Below, in pieces: positions 11,164 through 23,249 of a stretch of 32,633 nucleotides of DNA. The DNA comes from Ginkgo biloba. Its lineage: Eukaryota > Plantae > Ginkgophyta. The notes below the pieces were generated by a model. That model ran no database searches and was not told where the DNA came from. It worked only from the letters and a program-made list of their open reading frames with translations. How positions within the stretch are numbered: the stretch's first letter is position 1; every line of letters starts with the position of its first letter. Both the position numbers and the translations under genes were made by a program. Location: the NCBI GenBank assembly GCA_024626585.2, contig JANKJI020000002.1:31671865-31704497 (forward strand), in the 5' to 3' direction.

Positions 11164-11785
11164 ATCCTCCGAAGCCCGATCTCGAGAGAGACTTCTTCTC
11201 CTGTAAACCGTGTTCACATCCTTTCTGCCTCTGTCCTCTACTGAGCACTCTTTCTTTATTCCGAGCGCTTGGGCCACATCCCGAAAAAAAGGCACCGTCC
11301 CTTCTTGAGAAACTGAGCCCAAGAGTGAACCCGGGCCTATAACCACACTAGTCTGCTCCTGGGGCGAAGAGTGGACCTTTGCAGCGCCCCTTGCCACTTC
11401 ATCCAGGGAAATCGGGACCATAGGGGGAGCCAGACCTTCCGTGGGCTCCCCCGAACCCGCCAGCACCCCCGTGCGGGCTGCAAGTCCCGCGCAGGCTTCT
11501 CCGCTAGACCCTCCCCACACGGGTGGCACCGAGCCACCTGCGGGCACCTTCAGCTCCTCCCCTCCTTCCCCGAACTCTCCCTCGCCCCCCTCGGGGGCTC
11601 CTCCTCTCGCGCAGGCCACAGTGCCTGCGCGGGCTCCACCCGGCACCCTCCCAGGGCCCACGCGGGCTTCCCCCAGCCACCACCACTCCCCCAGCTGTAC
11701 CAGCACGCCGTCCTCTCCCTGCACCAGAACTCCCTCCTCTCCTTGCACCAGGTCGCCCTTTCTCCATCGCCAATCCCGTCCAATA
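11164..11785 (-). other. GC/CpG-rich island with an uninterrupted low-complexity reading frame; probable young insertion (possibly a LINE ORF1-like fragment)
   Basis: Abrupt switch from AT-rich flanks to GC-rich, CpG-retaining sequence. The minus frame is open for about 200 codons up to a 100-N gap. An internal ~24-bp tandem repeat (about 11696-11750) encodes LVQGEEGV/LVQGEDGV/LVQ. No diagnostic domain recognised. Confidence 0.45.
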
Positions 11786-12389
11786 CTTTCAATATTTATG
11801 TACCTTTACTGCATTTAGATGTGAAAAGATGAATTTGAAAATCTGTTGTTTGACTGCTACACCTGTATTCATGAGATGCCCTATTCTCTATTTTTTCAAC
11901 ATTTAATATAGGACTTTAATAAATGCAAGAAATCTTAGTGAATATTTGGTTAGTGCAAAAACTAAAGCCCCATGAAGTTATAATTAATATAAGCAGCAAA
12001 TCAATCACAATTAGTCTTTGCCATAGGCAATGATAAATAAGTAAGCTATTAGCTTAAACATTTATTTATATGGTGCCCTTCTTTTGATGCCTTTTCATGT
12101 GAAGGACAAAACCTTTGGAAATCCCTTATATGACCTATAAAATGGTATTTGAAGAGCATTGAAGTATTAAAATTTGATTCCTATGAGTGAACTGTGTGCC
12201 CATGAAGTGGCTCTTGAGGTATGGGCCTAACATCTTTTGGCGACTCACCATGACCAACAATTTCCAACAGCCTCAATGTGCAAAAATATATATGCATATT
12301 TCTATCAACTCCAATTTCAATTCACACATTGTGCGATTCTTATGCAATACCGATACATATGTGTGCAAACTTGTTACCCAATAACATTT

Positions 12390-12496
12390 TCTCTCTCTCA
12401 CACACATGTATATATATATATAAATGTATGTATGTATGTATGTGTGTTTGTGTGTACACACACATGTATGCGTGTGCACGTGTGCATGCATACACT
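12390..12496. repeat. Compound microsatellite (CT)n-(CA)n-(TA)n-(TATG)n-(TG/CA)n
   Basis: Directly visible: ctctctctcacacacatgtatatatatatataaatgtatgtatgtatgtatgtgtgtttgtgtgtacacacacatgtatgcgtgtgcacgtgtgcatgcatacac. Confidence 0.95.
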
Positions 12497-13046
12497 TTTA
12501 CCCTATGTAGATGCACGACTTCCAAGAATTTAATTTTAATAGACAAGTTCCTACAATTGTACAACGTGCTTATGAACATCTAGTTGGAGGGAAAATAATT
12601 CAATTCTAGTTATTGAATATTGATTTATAATCATTGTGTATATAATTTGTATTTTTTCACTAGTGTATATAAATTGTGTTGCATAAGGCTAATCACCAGT
12701 TTGAAATCCAAATTGATATTTATTGTGTTTTGGTACATGCATGCTCAAATCTTACATTGGATTGAGGACTAAATGCCTTCAACTAATGGTAGAATGGCAT
12801 CATTACTCCAACATGTAGCCTCATTTAGTCTACATCATTTATGGAGTCTAGTCATAAGCTTGGAATCCAAAGGAGATATTTGTTGTGTGTGCACGAGCAT
12901 GTCCAATATTGACATGGGAATTACGACCTAAANNNNNNNNNNNNNNNNNNNNNNNNNNNNNNNNNNNNNNNNNNNNNNNNNNNNNNNNNNNNTTTAGGAG
13001 GATCAAAGTCATTCCAAAACTTTATTGCATCATTTAGTCTCATAAT

Positions 13047-13677
13047 AAGTCGGATGTGCCTAGATGTGTGCCTTGGAATTATTTCTATGACATTAAAATC
13101 CCTTTCTCCCTCTCCCTCTCATGGTCTATTTCTTTTTTAAATTGATTATGTTTTTTATTTAAATAGAGTCAATGCTTTGATCAATGTGGTCTATATTGGA
13201 TGGTTAGACATCCACCCTTTAACAAGGCTATAATTAACAAGTTCAAGTCAAGGGTGATTTTTTTGGGTGTATAATAATACCCAAAACTTATGTGGAAATA
13301 AATGCCTAAATATCAATGCAAGTATAGATGTTTGTTTCCTTATTATTCTTATTTTGTATGAGAGAGTGCTAGAATAATGTCTCATTTTGTTATATGTAGT
13401 GTTTCTTAAGTTGGATAATGTAACATGTGAGTGAGTTCTATACATGTCAAGAATTATGTATGTCTGTTATAAAGTAGATTCCATTTACGTTACTAAGGAT
13501 AGTCTCNNNNNNNNNNNNNNNNNNNNNNNNNNNNNNNNNNNNNNNNNNNNNNNNNNNNNNNNNNNTATCTCTAGAAATTGCACGTAGAAGCCTCATTATT
13601 CTCGTTGTTAATTAAAAGTCGAATGCGACTAATGTGCGCTTTGGAATTTTTTCTATGACATTAAAATCCTTCTCTCC
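13047..13677 (+). repeat. Diverged ~63-bp direct repeat pair (13047-13110 and 13616-13677) between N gaps
   Basis: aagtcggatgtgcctagatgtgtgccttggaattatttctatgacattaaaatccctttctcc vs aagtcgaatgcgactaatgtgcgctttggaattttttctatgacattaaaatccttctctcc. Confidence 0.85.
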
Positions 13678-14379
13678 TTTCGTAATGTTTATCCCACATT
13701 GGTTGTGTGGGGGGTCCTTCAGTGGTTTAAAAAGCCCAATATGCCATGATGCTTATGTAAACTGAGTTGAACATATTTTGAAGCTCTCATGATTCTCGCG
13801 TACTAATANNNNNNNNNNNNNNNNNNNNNNNNNNNNNNNNNNNNNNNNNNNNNNNNNNNNNNNNNNNNNNNNNNNNNNNNNNNNNNNNNNNNNNNNNNNN
13901 NNNNNNNNGTCAAAAACTCTCCAATATGATCCCCTTTGGTCATAGCCCCCAATAGGCTTGAATTCATAGGACCAAACACTAGCCCTTCCAATGGTTAGGA
14001 TGGCACATCAATAGACCATTAGACAATAGTATAAACCCACCATAATAATAATTGGGTCCATCCATAAGAGCAAATAAATTAAAATGGGTCCATCCACAAG
14101 AATAAAGGGATAAATTCTCCAAGCGATGATCCACTAGCATTGCCCCCCCAGTGGAGTCCCTCCTCCCCCTTTCTCTCAACTAGCCCAAGACTCCTCCATC
14201 ATTGGACCAAACTTTCATAGGTTAATGAATGAACAGGGCTACCCTAGAGGCCAAACATTAAAATTGAAACCCTAATAGAGAAAATCATGAACCCATCCCC
14301 TATAATCTAATTCACTCTTATTGAAACTATATTTTCTAAGATAGTCATCTATCTTAAAATACCATGCTCAGGGATCTTG

Positions 14380-17230
14380 TTTCAAACTATATAGTTCTTT
14401 TATCAACCTACAAATCGTGTGATCCTTGTGTTTCACTTCAAATCCCTAAGGATGATAGATATAGAGATCGCCATTCATGTATCTATTCAAGAAGTCACTT
14501 TTGATATCTATCTAATGTACATTCCATCTAAACTATGCTACTAATTCCATAATGGTGTTGATTGTGTTCCATTTAGCTATGGGTATGAATGTCTTTTTAT
14601 AGTCAATTCTTTTTTGTTGTGCATATCCTTTTGCCACTAATATTGTATTATAATTGTTAATTAATCCATATATCTTATATTTTATCTTATAAACCCATTT
14701 ACAACTAATAGGTTTCACTCCAAGTAGACAATCAACCAACTTCCATTTTTTGTTTTTTTATCAAAGTTGTGTGTTCTTCTTGCATAATATCCTACCATTC
14801 TTTCTTATCTATTGCTTCTTCAAAATTGCTTAGATTTGAAGAATTTATCATTGTTTCCATAAGAGAAAAATTTATTTTTTCATTACTTCGAGATGTTATC
14901 CTACTTTGGATAACTCCTCGGTCTTAACATCTTTCAAAGTCTTCTTAGCCCATTTTGATATTTTAAGGACACTTTAAGTTTCATCAACTTAAATTTCACT
15001 AAGTCTTATTTTATACATAATAGACTTAGAATTAGGGAACTTAGGTGAATTTTCCTTAGAAAATTCCTTATCACTTTTATTATAACCATCATCTAAAAAT
15101 TTAGACTTAAAAAAAATCCATCTAAATTTCCATCTACCTTATGCTTTNNNNNNNNNNNNNNNNNNNNNNNNNNNNNNNNNNNNNNNNNNNNNNNNNNNNN
15201 NNNNNNNNNNNNNNNNTTTCTTTTCCTCTCCTTTCTCCTTCTTCTCTTTTTCAATTTTTTCTTTTTCTCTCTTTGCTTCCTTCTTTTGTATTTTGAGATA
15301 AATGGCGCAATCATCCTTATCATTTCCTTCATCAAAGATCACATCACAACTGGTGAACAATTTTTTGTTGCAATTTCCATCACCTTATATCCTTTCTTCT
15401 AGTTGTTCTATCCCAAAAAAATGCATTCCCTACTCCTTGAATTTAACTTAATTATTTTTTATTTTAGAACTAAATCATATCAAGTAGATATAAACACTAT
15501 TATGTGCATTTTCTTATCCCAATACTTATCCCCTAGGTATTTTTGTTTAAGCATTGACCTCACCATATTCATCACTATTCTATTCATTCTCTCTATGATT
15601 TCATTTTGTTGAAATGTATATGAATTGTGAACTGACGATGAATGTCATGATTACTACAAAATTCATGGAATTCATTAGAGATGAATCCATCCCCATTGTC
15701 TGACTTTAGGATCTTGATCCTCTTTCCTAAATAATTTTCCACCAATACCTTAAACCTTTTAAATTTTTCTAAAACCTCTAATTTTTTCCTTATGAAATAC
15801 ACCCAATATTTTTTACTAAAATCATTGATGAAAAGTATGAAGTATAGGGATCCTTCATTGGATGAAGTAGGCATAGGTTCATAATGGTATGTATGAACCA
15901 ATCCTAATGTATGCCTACCTATCCAAGATTGATTCTTCTCAAATGGTTCCCTATGTTATTTACAATATACGAAAGCCTCATAAATATATTTTTCTTATTT
16001 GATTATTAGTATACCCCTTACCATTCTATTCCTATTCAACAGAGAAATAATATTATAGTTCAAGTGATCATACCTCAGATGCCATAAATTATTTTTAGTG
16101 ATGCCATCTATAATTTTGGCCTACTCTTATTACAAACAATAGCTTTTCCTTAGAATTTCAACAACATCCTTTCTATATGTCCCTTCTTTATATTATTGAT
16201 GGAGCAATCCCCACTCTCCAACACTATATGCATGCCTTACTTCATTATGCAGTTCAATGACAACACTTTTTCTTCGAAGTGGGAACATACCAAGAAAAAA
16301 TTATGATCTTGGACTTTCCATCTAAGAGAAGAATCTTCACATAACCAATTCCAACTTAATCATGTGATGTATTATCTTCTAAATGGATAGTTATAAACTC
16401 TTCCTCCTTGAAAGTCCAAAATAATTTCCTCTAAAATGTCATATGTAAAGTGGCCCTAATATCCAAAATCTAAATATCCTTCAATGAAATCCTCCTCCTA
16501 AATATCTTGACAATCGTATGCAAGTTGTGATGAAATCTTGTTGATATTATCATAATTAAATCGACAATATCTAACAATATCATGTCTTATTACATTGAAA
16601 ACGCATTATGTTGCCTCTACCTCTACCTCTATTAGGTCCACCTCTGCCTAAACCTTGAGAAGATGAAGAGGCATATTGTTGTTGATGATGATGGTTCTGA
16701 TTAATTAAAAAACAATCCCCTCTCCTTAATGTGAAAAAATTTTGTGATCTATCTCTACTTGAGCATCCTCCTCTGCTAGAGAATCCTCGTCCCCTACCTC
16801 TACCAAAGAAACACCTACCTCTTCCTTGACCACTTCTATGATGCCTAGTGTTGGGTCCTTATACAAAGGCCTTATCTTTAGACTCTTTCTTCTTATTAAA
16901 TACCACTTCATTCTCTTTCAATCTTATAGCTAAATCAACCCAAGTAATATTCTCCAACTTCTTTGAGATATATATGATTTCCAAAAGGTTTTCATAAGAG
17001 GGTGGCAACCCATTCATCGTACAGTTCACCAAATGCTCATTTATGATAGTACTAATCCTAGATACATTCATTTCTCTTTTTATATTATGAATTTAAACCA
17101 AATACCCAGTTATTTCCCCCCTTTATCCATTCTCACATTTAGCAACTTCAATTATAAATCCATTTTCTTTCTATTTGATTTGTTATTCATCAAATCTAAC
17201 AACGTTTCCCATGTTTCATAAGAATGTACT
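14380..17230 (-). mobile_element. Decayed Ty1/copia gag-pol (gag, zinc knuckle, pre-integrase, integrase, N-terminal RT), 3'-truncated
   Basis: Minus-strand order: NGLPPSYENL (gag, about 17010), FQCNKT (CCHC remnant, about 16590), NLWHLRYDHLN (about 16075), YFILFINDFSKKYWVYF..LKSDNGDGFISNEF (15593-15901), ECIFLG and SCDVIFDE (15430-15330), KPISCKWVYKIK..LVAKGYAQ..IDY..TF (14533-14739), WNVH*IDIKSDFLN (about 14525-14485). No YVDD or RNase H follows. Confidence 0.95.
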
Positions 17231-17699
17231 TTANNNNNNNNNNNNNNNNNNNNNNNNNNNNNNNNNNNNNNNNNNNNNNNNNNNNNNNNNNNNNNNNNNN
17301 NNNNNNNNNNNNNNNNNNNNNNNNNNNNNNNNNGTGGACTTTCCATTTTTTTTCGGTTTCTGAAGCAAGAGGAGGAAAGATCACTATAGGATTATATTGA
17401 GCATTTATATTACTTGGATAAAGATTTCCAAAATAGAAACATGAAGAATCCACTCTAAAAGTAGTCTTTTTAATCAAGATAAATCCAAATGTGTGTGGAT
17501 GGATTTCATTTTAGTTAGAGAAGTTTCAACATTTTCTCTTTAAAAAAATCAAAGAGATTTGTCTTCAACACTCACGATCCCTAAAGAAATAGGAAGGAAA
17601 GAAATTGCCAGAGTGACTGTGCTTCCATCTACTAATATTACAATATTCAGAGCATCTTTTGGAGGAGTTAACAATGTAGATTTAACTAATTTATAGGGG

Positions 17700-20600
17700 A
17701 TTTAAAAGAAGAGATTCTTTTCTCTGTGGCTATCCAACTGACTAGCCTAGAGTTAAAAAATAAAAAATCATGCTTACCTCCTCCAAAATCACTAGCAATA
17801 TATTATTGGAAGTGACGACATAAATATTTAGTGAATGCATGTCATGTTGACAATGTATGGAATCAATATAGAATTTGTGAATAAGATCATAATGAAAATA
17901 ATTATCCATTTCTAAAAGATATGAAATTTACAGTCAAAGGAGGAGGGGATGCATTTACACAATTATGTTTTTCACAAATGGATTAAAGGAGAGGCAAATG
18001 GACCCAAAATCCTAAGGGGAGCATCCTATGATCCAATATTCCATTAGTAATCTATGATGAGTTATCCTCTATGTATGTACGGGTATACTCAATGAGGAAT
18101 GCATGATTTTCCATGTTATCCATGTGGTAATATTGATTGGCAATTGCATTTCAAACTACTCTTGCCAACTCAGATTTATCCTTAGTATCTAGAATTTGAA
18201 AGTAGTACTTCTATGTATTTGTATGGAAATTCATTCCTAAGCTTGAATACATATATGGATCCTTAATAGATATCCCTCCCAACTTCCCGAACATAATATT
18301 TGATTCCTATGTGAGGACAATATGTTAGACCCCTCCATTGGATAATGTTTAATTAGGGAACAAACCACCCCCCCTTAACCGTCATGGTTCAAGTAGCACC
18401 CAATCCAATAAGAAATTTCAAGTAATAGTTCATAATATATAAATTAAAAATCAATCAAGTAATTGAATGGAGCACACCTAANNNNNNNNNNNNNNNNNNN
18501 NNNNNNNNNNNNNNNNNNNNNNNNNNNNNNNNNNNNNNNNNNNNNNNNNNNNNNNNNNNNNNNNNNNNNNNNNNNNNNNNNNNNNNNNNNNNNNNNNNNN
18601 NNNNNNNNNNNNNNNNNNNNNNNNNNNNNNNNNNNNNNNNNNNNNNNNNNNNNNNNNNNNNNNNNNNNNNNNNNNNNCTTGAAAAAGTGTTGGGATCTCA
18701 AACAGGAACATCATTTCAACTTTGCCAATGAATTATAGAATATTTTTGTGTGAATTCCATTGGTCCAAGCAGTAAAAGATGCTCCCATATATGCCTAACA
18801 AGTATGGGATCTCTGTGACCATGCAAGAATAAACCATAAGAATCCATCCAAAACAAAGATGGTAGGAGAAAAGTCATATGTATTACTTTATAAAGAACCT
18901 CTTCAAAAGTATGGTGATTTAGGTACACCTTTGCTTGATGTTTCCATTGGTTATCTCAATCCCTAAGGTCCTAGTCGATCTAGGAGAAATAATTAACATA
19001 ATGACAATTAAAATATTGAATACTTTAGGCATAAAGGGGGTTAAAAAAATGCATACTATTTTATATATGGATGACATATCCATGATTAAGACATAAGGAA
19101 GATTGGATGATCTCCTCATTTTTATTGCAAATTGGGAGTATCTAACAAATTTTTTTGTAATTCAACTTAGGAGATATATAGAAGGATATCCCATCATTTT
19201 GGCATAGATCAAGGTTGGGTACAATTGACATAGTAATTTCATGTCATATTGGCAAGATGGTTATAACTCATGGGACAAAACCAAAGTTTTTAACTTTGTT
19301 CAAAGGAGCTCAACTAGTAGGAAATTTCAAAGGTGAACCCCCTGATCTAGTGGAATTAGAGGAATAATTTGATGAGGACACTGGAGGTTACCAATTCTTA
19401 ACCTTAAATTAGAATGTAGAACATGAGAAGCATGTTTATCAAGTCATGAAAAATGAGATCTTGGATTCCTTTAAATTAGGAGATGAGGATGTTGAGCTAT
19501 CACATATATTGTAAGATGATTAGTTGGATTCCACTCAAGATCTTCTTCAAAATTTTTAATAGAGGACTCATGTTTATGTTCCAAAAACCAAATTAGATAT
19601 TAAATTACTGGATATGGGTAAAAATATAAACCTCCTTCTTAGAAAATAAATTAACACCTGATCAAAAGGAGAAAGTGTATATGATGTTAAAAAAATATGA
19701 AGGGGAATTTGCTTGGAGACATACTAATTTAAAAAGGGGGTTGATCCTTCACTTTTTCAACACTCCATCTTCACTGAGGACAATGTGAAACTTATCCATC
19801 AACCTCATCATTGGATTAATCCAATGATGATGCAAATCATCACAGATGAATTAGAGAAGTTATTATCATTGTGGATGATCTACTCATTTTCTAATAGGTA
19901 GNNNNNNNNNNNNNNNNNNNNNNNNNNNNNNNNNNNNNNNNNNNNNNNNNNNNNNNNNNNNNNNNNNNNNNNNNNNNNNNNNNNNNNNNNNNNNNNNNNN
20001 NNNNNNNNNNNNNNNNNNNNNNNNNNNNNNNNNNNNNNNNNNNNNNNNNNNNNNNNNNNNNNNNNNNNNNNNNNNNNNNNNNNNNNNNNNNNNNNNNNNN
20101 NNNNNNNNNNNNNNNNNNNNNNNNNNNNNNNNNNNNNNNNNNNNNNNNNNNNNNNNNNNNNNNNNNNNNNNNNNNNNNNNNNNNNNNNNNNNNNNNNNNN
20201 NNNNNNNNNNNNNNNNNNNNNNNNNNNNNNNNNNNNNNNNNNNNNNNNNNNNNNNNNNNNNNNNNNNNNNNNNNNNNNNNNNNNNNNNNNNNNNNNNNNN
20301 NNNNNNNNNNNNNNNNNNNNNNNNNNNNNNNNNNNNNNNNNNNNNNNNNNNNNNNNNNNNNNNNNNNNNNNNNNNNNNNNNNNNNNNNNNNNNNNNNNNN
20401 NNNNNNNNNNNNNNNNNNNNNNNNNNNNNCCCACCAAACTAAAAGAGGTTCATAATTTCTTCATTCTATGGGCTATTTTCATTGATTCATCAAGGATATA
20501 AAAAAAATGGTTTCCCCCTTACATTATTTATTAGAAAATGATACTTTTTTTTAATGGACAAACGAGTGTGAAATAACCTTTCAAACACTAAAGTAGAAGT

Positions 20601-21370
20601 TAGTTTTTACAAACATTTTACATGGACCCAATTGGGAGCTTCCTTTCTATTTCACATGGATACCTTAAATATAACGGTTGGTGTAGCACTAGGATAGAAG
20701 GAAAAACCCATAGTATATTTAATTTTTCCACTAAATCCCTATCCCTAACTGAACAAAACAATACAATTACTAAAAAATAATATTTGGTAGTTGTGTTTGT
20801 AAATAATAAATTTTGACATTATATTTGTAGAGTTTTTAGTAATCATTTGTACAGATCATGCTACCATAAAATTATTGATAAATAAAATAACAATGAATTC
20901 TTGCATCATTTGATGGTTATTGTTATTACAAGAATTTTGATATCAAGATAGTTCATAAACTAAGACATGTTAATCTGGTACTAGATAACCTTTCACACGT
21001 ACTAGATCTTCTAACTTAAGGCTCTAATAATGATTCTTTTTTATATGAGCATTTATTTTTAGTAATTATGTCTATTCCTTGGTATGCAAATATATCCAAT
21101 TATATTGCAACTAGGGTCATTCCTCAACATGTCTCTCAAAATGAAAGGAAGTAATTGGTTCAGAAAAGTGCAACTTACACATGGGTTGAGGGATACCTTT
21201 AGAAGCTCAAGTCGAACATGATGAGCCATTATCTTTGGCGATGCCTCCATGAAGATGAAATTTTTTACGTCTTAAATGCAGCTCATGATGAGCCATGTGA
21301 AGGACATTTTGCAACTCAATGAACAACTTAGAAGATCTTGTGCATTGGGCATTGGTGGCCAACCCTCTTA
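17700..21370 (+). mobile_element. Decayed Athila-like (non-chromoviral) Ty3/gypsy gag-pol, truncated in integrase
   Basis: IPLVQAVKDAPIYA*..DLC (about 18754), protease LVDLGEIINIM (18971), RT start FAW..GVDPS..H..QPHHWINPMM..ELEKLL (19708-19865), PPTKLKEV (20430), PNWELPF, TDHATIK, WLLLLQEF and NLVLDNLS (RNase H region), PWYANISNYIAT, HDEPCEGHF and WWPTL (about 21284-21367). These match Athila-clade consensus motifs; the 5' boundary is approximate. Confidence 0.9.
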
Positions 21371-21649
21371 TTGTTAGAATCTTTAGGGCATCATTAGCGG
21401 GTATAATACTTGCTCTTCGGGGAAATCCTTCCATAAATTTAAAGACAAACAACAAGTTTACATTTTAGGGACTCCTCCCTGTGGCTAGAAAAGCACCAGC
21501 CAAAAAAGAGAAGTACCCTAGTTGTGACAGAGCCATCGTACTTAGAATNNNNNNNNNNNNNNNNNNNNNNNNNNNNNNNNNNNNNNNNNNNNNNNNNNNN
21601 NNNNNNNNNNNNNNNNNNNNNNNNNNNNNNNNNNNNNNNNNNNNNNNNT

Positions 21650-23247
21650 AGTCCTTAATTCTAATTAGAATCTGATACTATTCGAATCGAAGATCAATCT
21701 TAGAGAGGAATTGAACTTTTTGTAATTTTTCCATTAGAGTATCAATTTGTGACATTGAAAATATATTCTTAACAGTCACTTTGTTTAATTCTTGATAATC
21801 CATGTATAGCCTAAATGACACATTTTTATTCTTATCTAGAAACATTAGGGATTCATATGAGTTTTTTCTATTAGTGATACTCCTAGGTAAATCAAATCTT
21901 TTGTTAACCTTTTAGTTTCTAGATTTTGTGTTAAGTTGTATTAATATGGTTTGAGAATAGTTAGGCCCTTTCTTGGTTCTATATCTCAAACACATGTTTT
22001 ATTTCTCAATTTTACAACATAATTTTAGGTGAGTCTTGGAAGACTCAATTTGTGCTTATCCAAGATTTTCCATATGTCTTATTTGTACTCTTTTGTCTTT
22101 TCCACATTGGTTGTTGTTTCTTCAGGCCTTGCTTTTATATGATATAATCCATGGACAAATCCTAGGTATGATTTTCTTAGTATCTTATCCATCTGTTATA
22201 ATCTCACTACCTTATTTGTTGCTACCTTTATACTAAAAATTTTCTACCTTATTCCTTATAGTTTAAATGAAAAATCTTGGAGATGGTTTGTTCCATACAT
22301 CCTTAACATTGGCAACAACAATATCCCTAATACCCTATCTGCTCCTTTGATGGGTATAATATATACATTATCCTTGAGTGTATAGTCTCCCATTTATAAT
22401 GTGATATTTCATACTATTCCTTCACACATAATTATTCTATTCTTTAATATAGATATGGGAAATCAATCACTTCTAGTCAAGTTAAGACCTAACTTCTTAA
22501 CTTGTCTTATATCTAATAATTTATGTGTGTTTCCTGAATATACCATTGTAAAAAATTTATTCTTTTTAATGAATCCATGTACCTTGAAGGCGTCTAAACT
22601 TGGCAATCTACACATGGTATTTATTGATATTTTTACCCTTCTTGATTATAGTGGTAGGGCTTATTGTAGTTCTTTAATAAGATCATCCTCTCATGATCTT
22701 TGACTTCTTCTCTTTTAATATTTGGTTCACCTCCCAAGTCTTCATCCTCTACCTAATATATACTAAAGAATAGAATAAAAGAACTAATGATTCTAATGAT
22801 CATTCAACATCCAACTTATTTATTCATTCATTGGATTCTAATGATCATTCACAACTAAAGCTTAGAATCTTGGGTTGTGGGTTGTATGTAATCCTTGATC
22901 CTTGATTTTCTCTATTAGTCCTTTGATTTATTGGTAGATCCTATCATTTCTGATGTTCAAATTTTTCTTGCTTAACATTATTCTTATTTTTATCTTTGGT
23001 TTGTGAGCTTCAAATTTACCATTAATTCTCTCAAATCTATCCTCAACTATGTCAAATTATAAAATTCATGTTTTTAAATCTAGCATTTGCATGCGTTTAA
23101 TACTTGTAACAAAATATTCTAAAAATTCTTTCCTTTCCTCCATACTGTCCATGTCATATTGTCTTATTAGGATTGTCCTTTCCATATTGTCTTATTAGGA
23201 TCATGTGTAATCCTTTGTCTAAGGACTGTCGCAAAGCTTTGATACAA
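21650..23247 (-). mobile_element. Decayed chromovirus-type Ty3/gypsy (PBS, short gag remnant, protease, N-terminal RT)
   Basis: Protease FKVHGFIK..MVYSGNTHKLLD..VKKLGL..DYTLKDNVYIIPIKGADRVLGI (about 22590-22322; cf. LIDSGSTHNFI, DVVLG). RT SFRLYMDYQELNKVTVKNIFSMSQIDTLMEKL....LSKIDLRFE*YQI (about 21820-21665; cf. WRLCVDYRALNKVTIKN.FP.P.ID.L...SKIDLRSGYHQI). Confidence 0.9.
23236..23247 (-). promoter_or_regulatory. Primer-binding site complementary to the tRNA-iMet 3' end (degenerate)
   Basis: Minus strand TTGTATCAAAGC matches canonical TGGTATCAGAGC at 10/12. It lies 2 nt after a putative LTR end (..cttaTA, from ..taCA) and upstream of protease/RT on the same strand. Confidence 0.7.
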
Positions 23248-23249
23248 CT

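Noticed and set aside
11337-11906. Multiple overlapping Pro/Gly/Arg-rich ORFs (extensin-like on +)
   Set aside because: Expected from high GC content. No signal peptide or SPPPP repeats; treated as a single island.
12187-12583. Five overlapping ORFs rich in Y/I/C/V/H/T
   Set aside because: Artefacts of stop-poor microsatellite sequence.
21372-22320. Apparent TGTT...AACA solo LTR
   Set aside because: No TSD, and 21650-22320 is gypsy protease/RT coding sequence, so the AACA end is coincidental.
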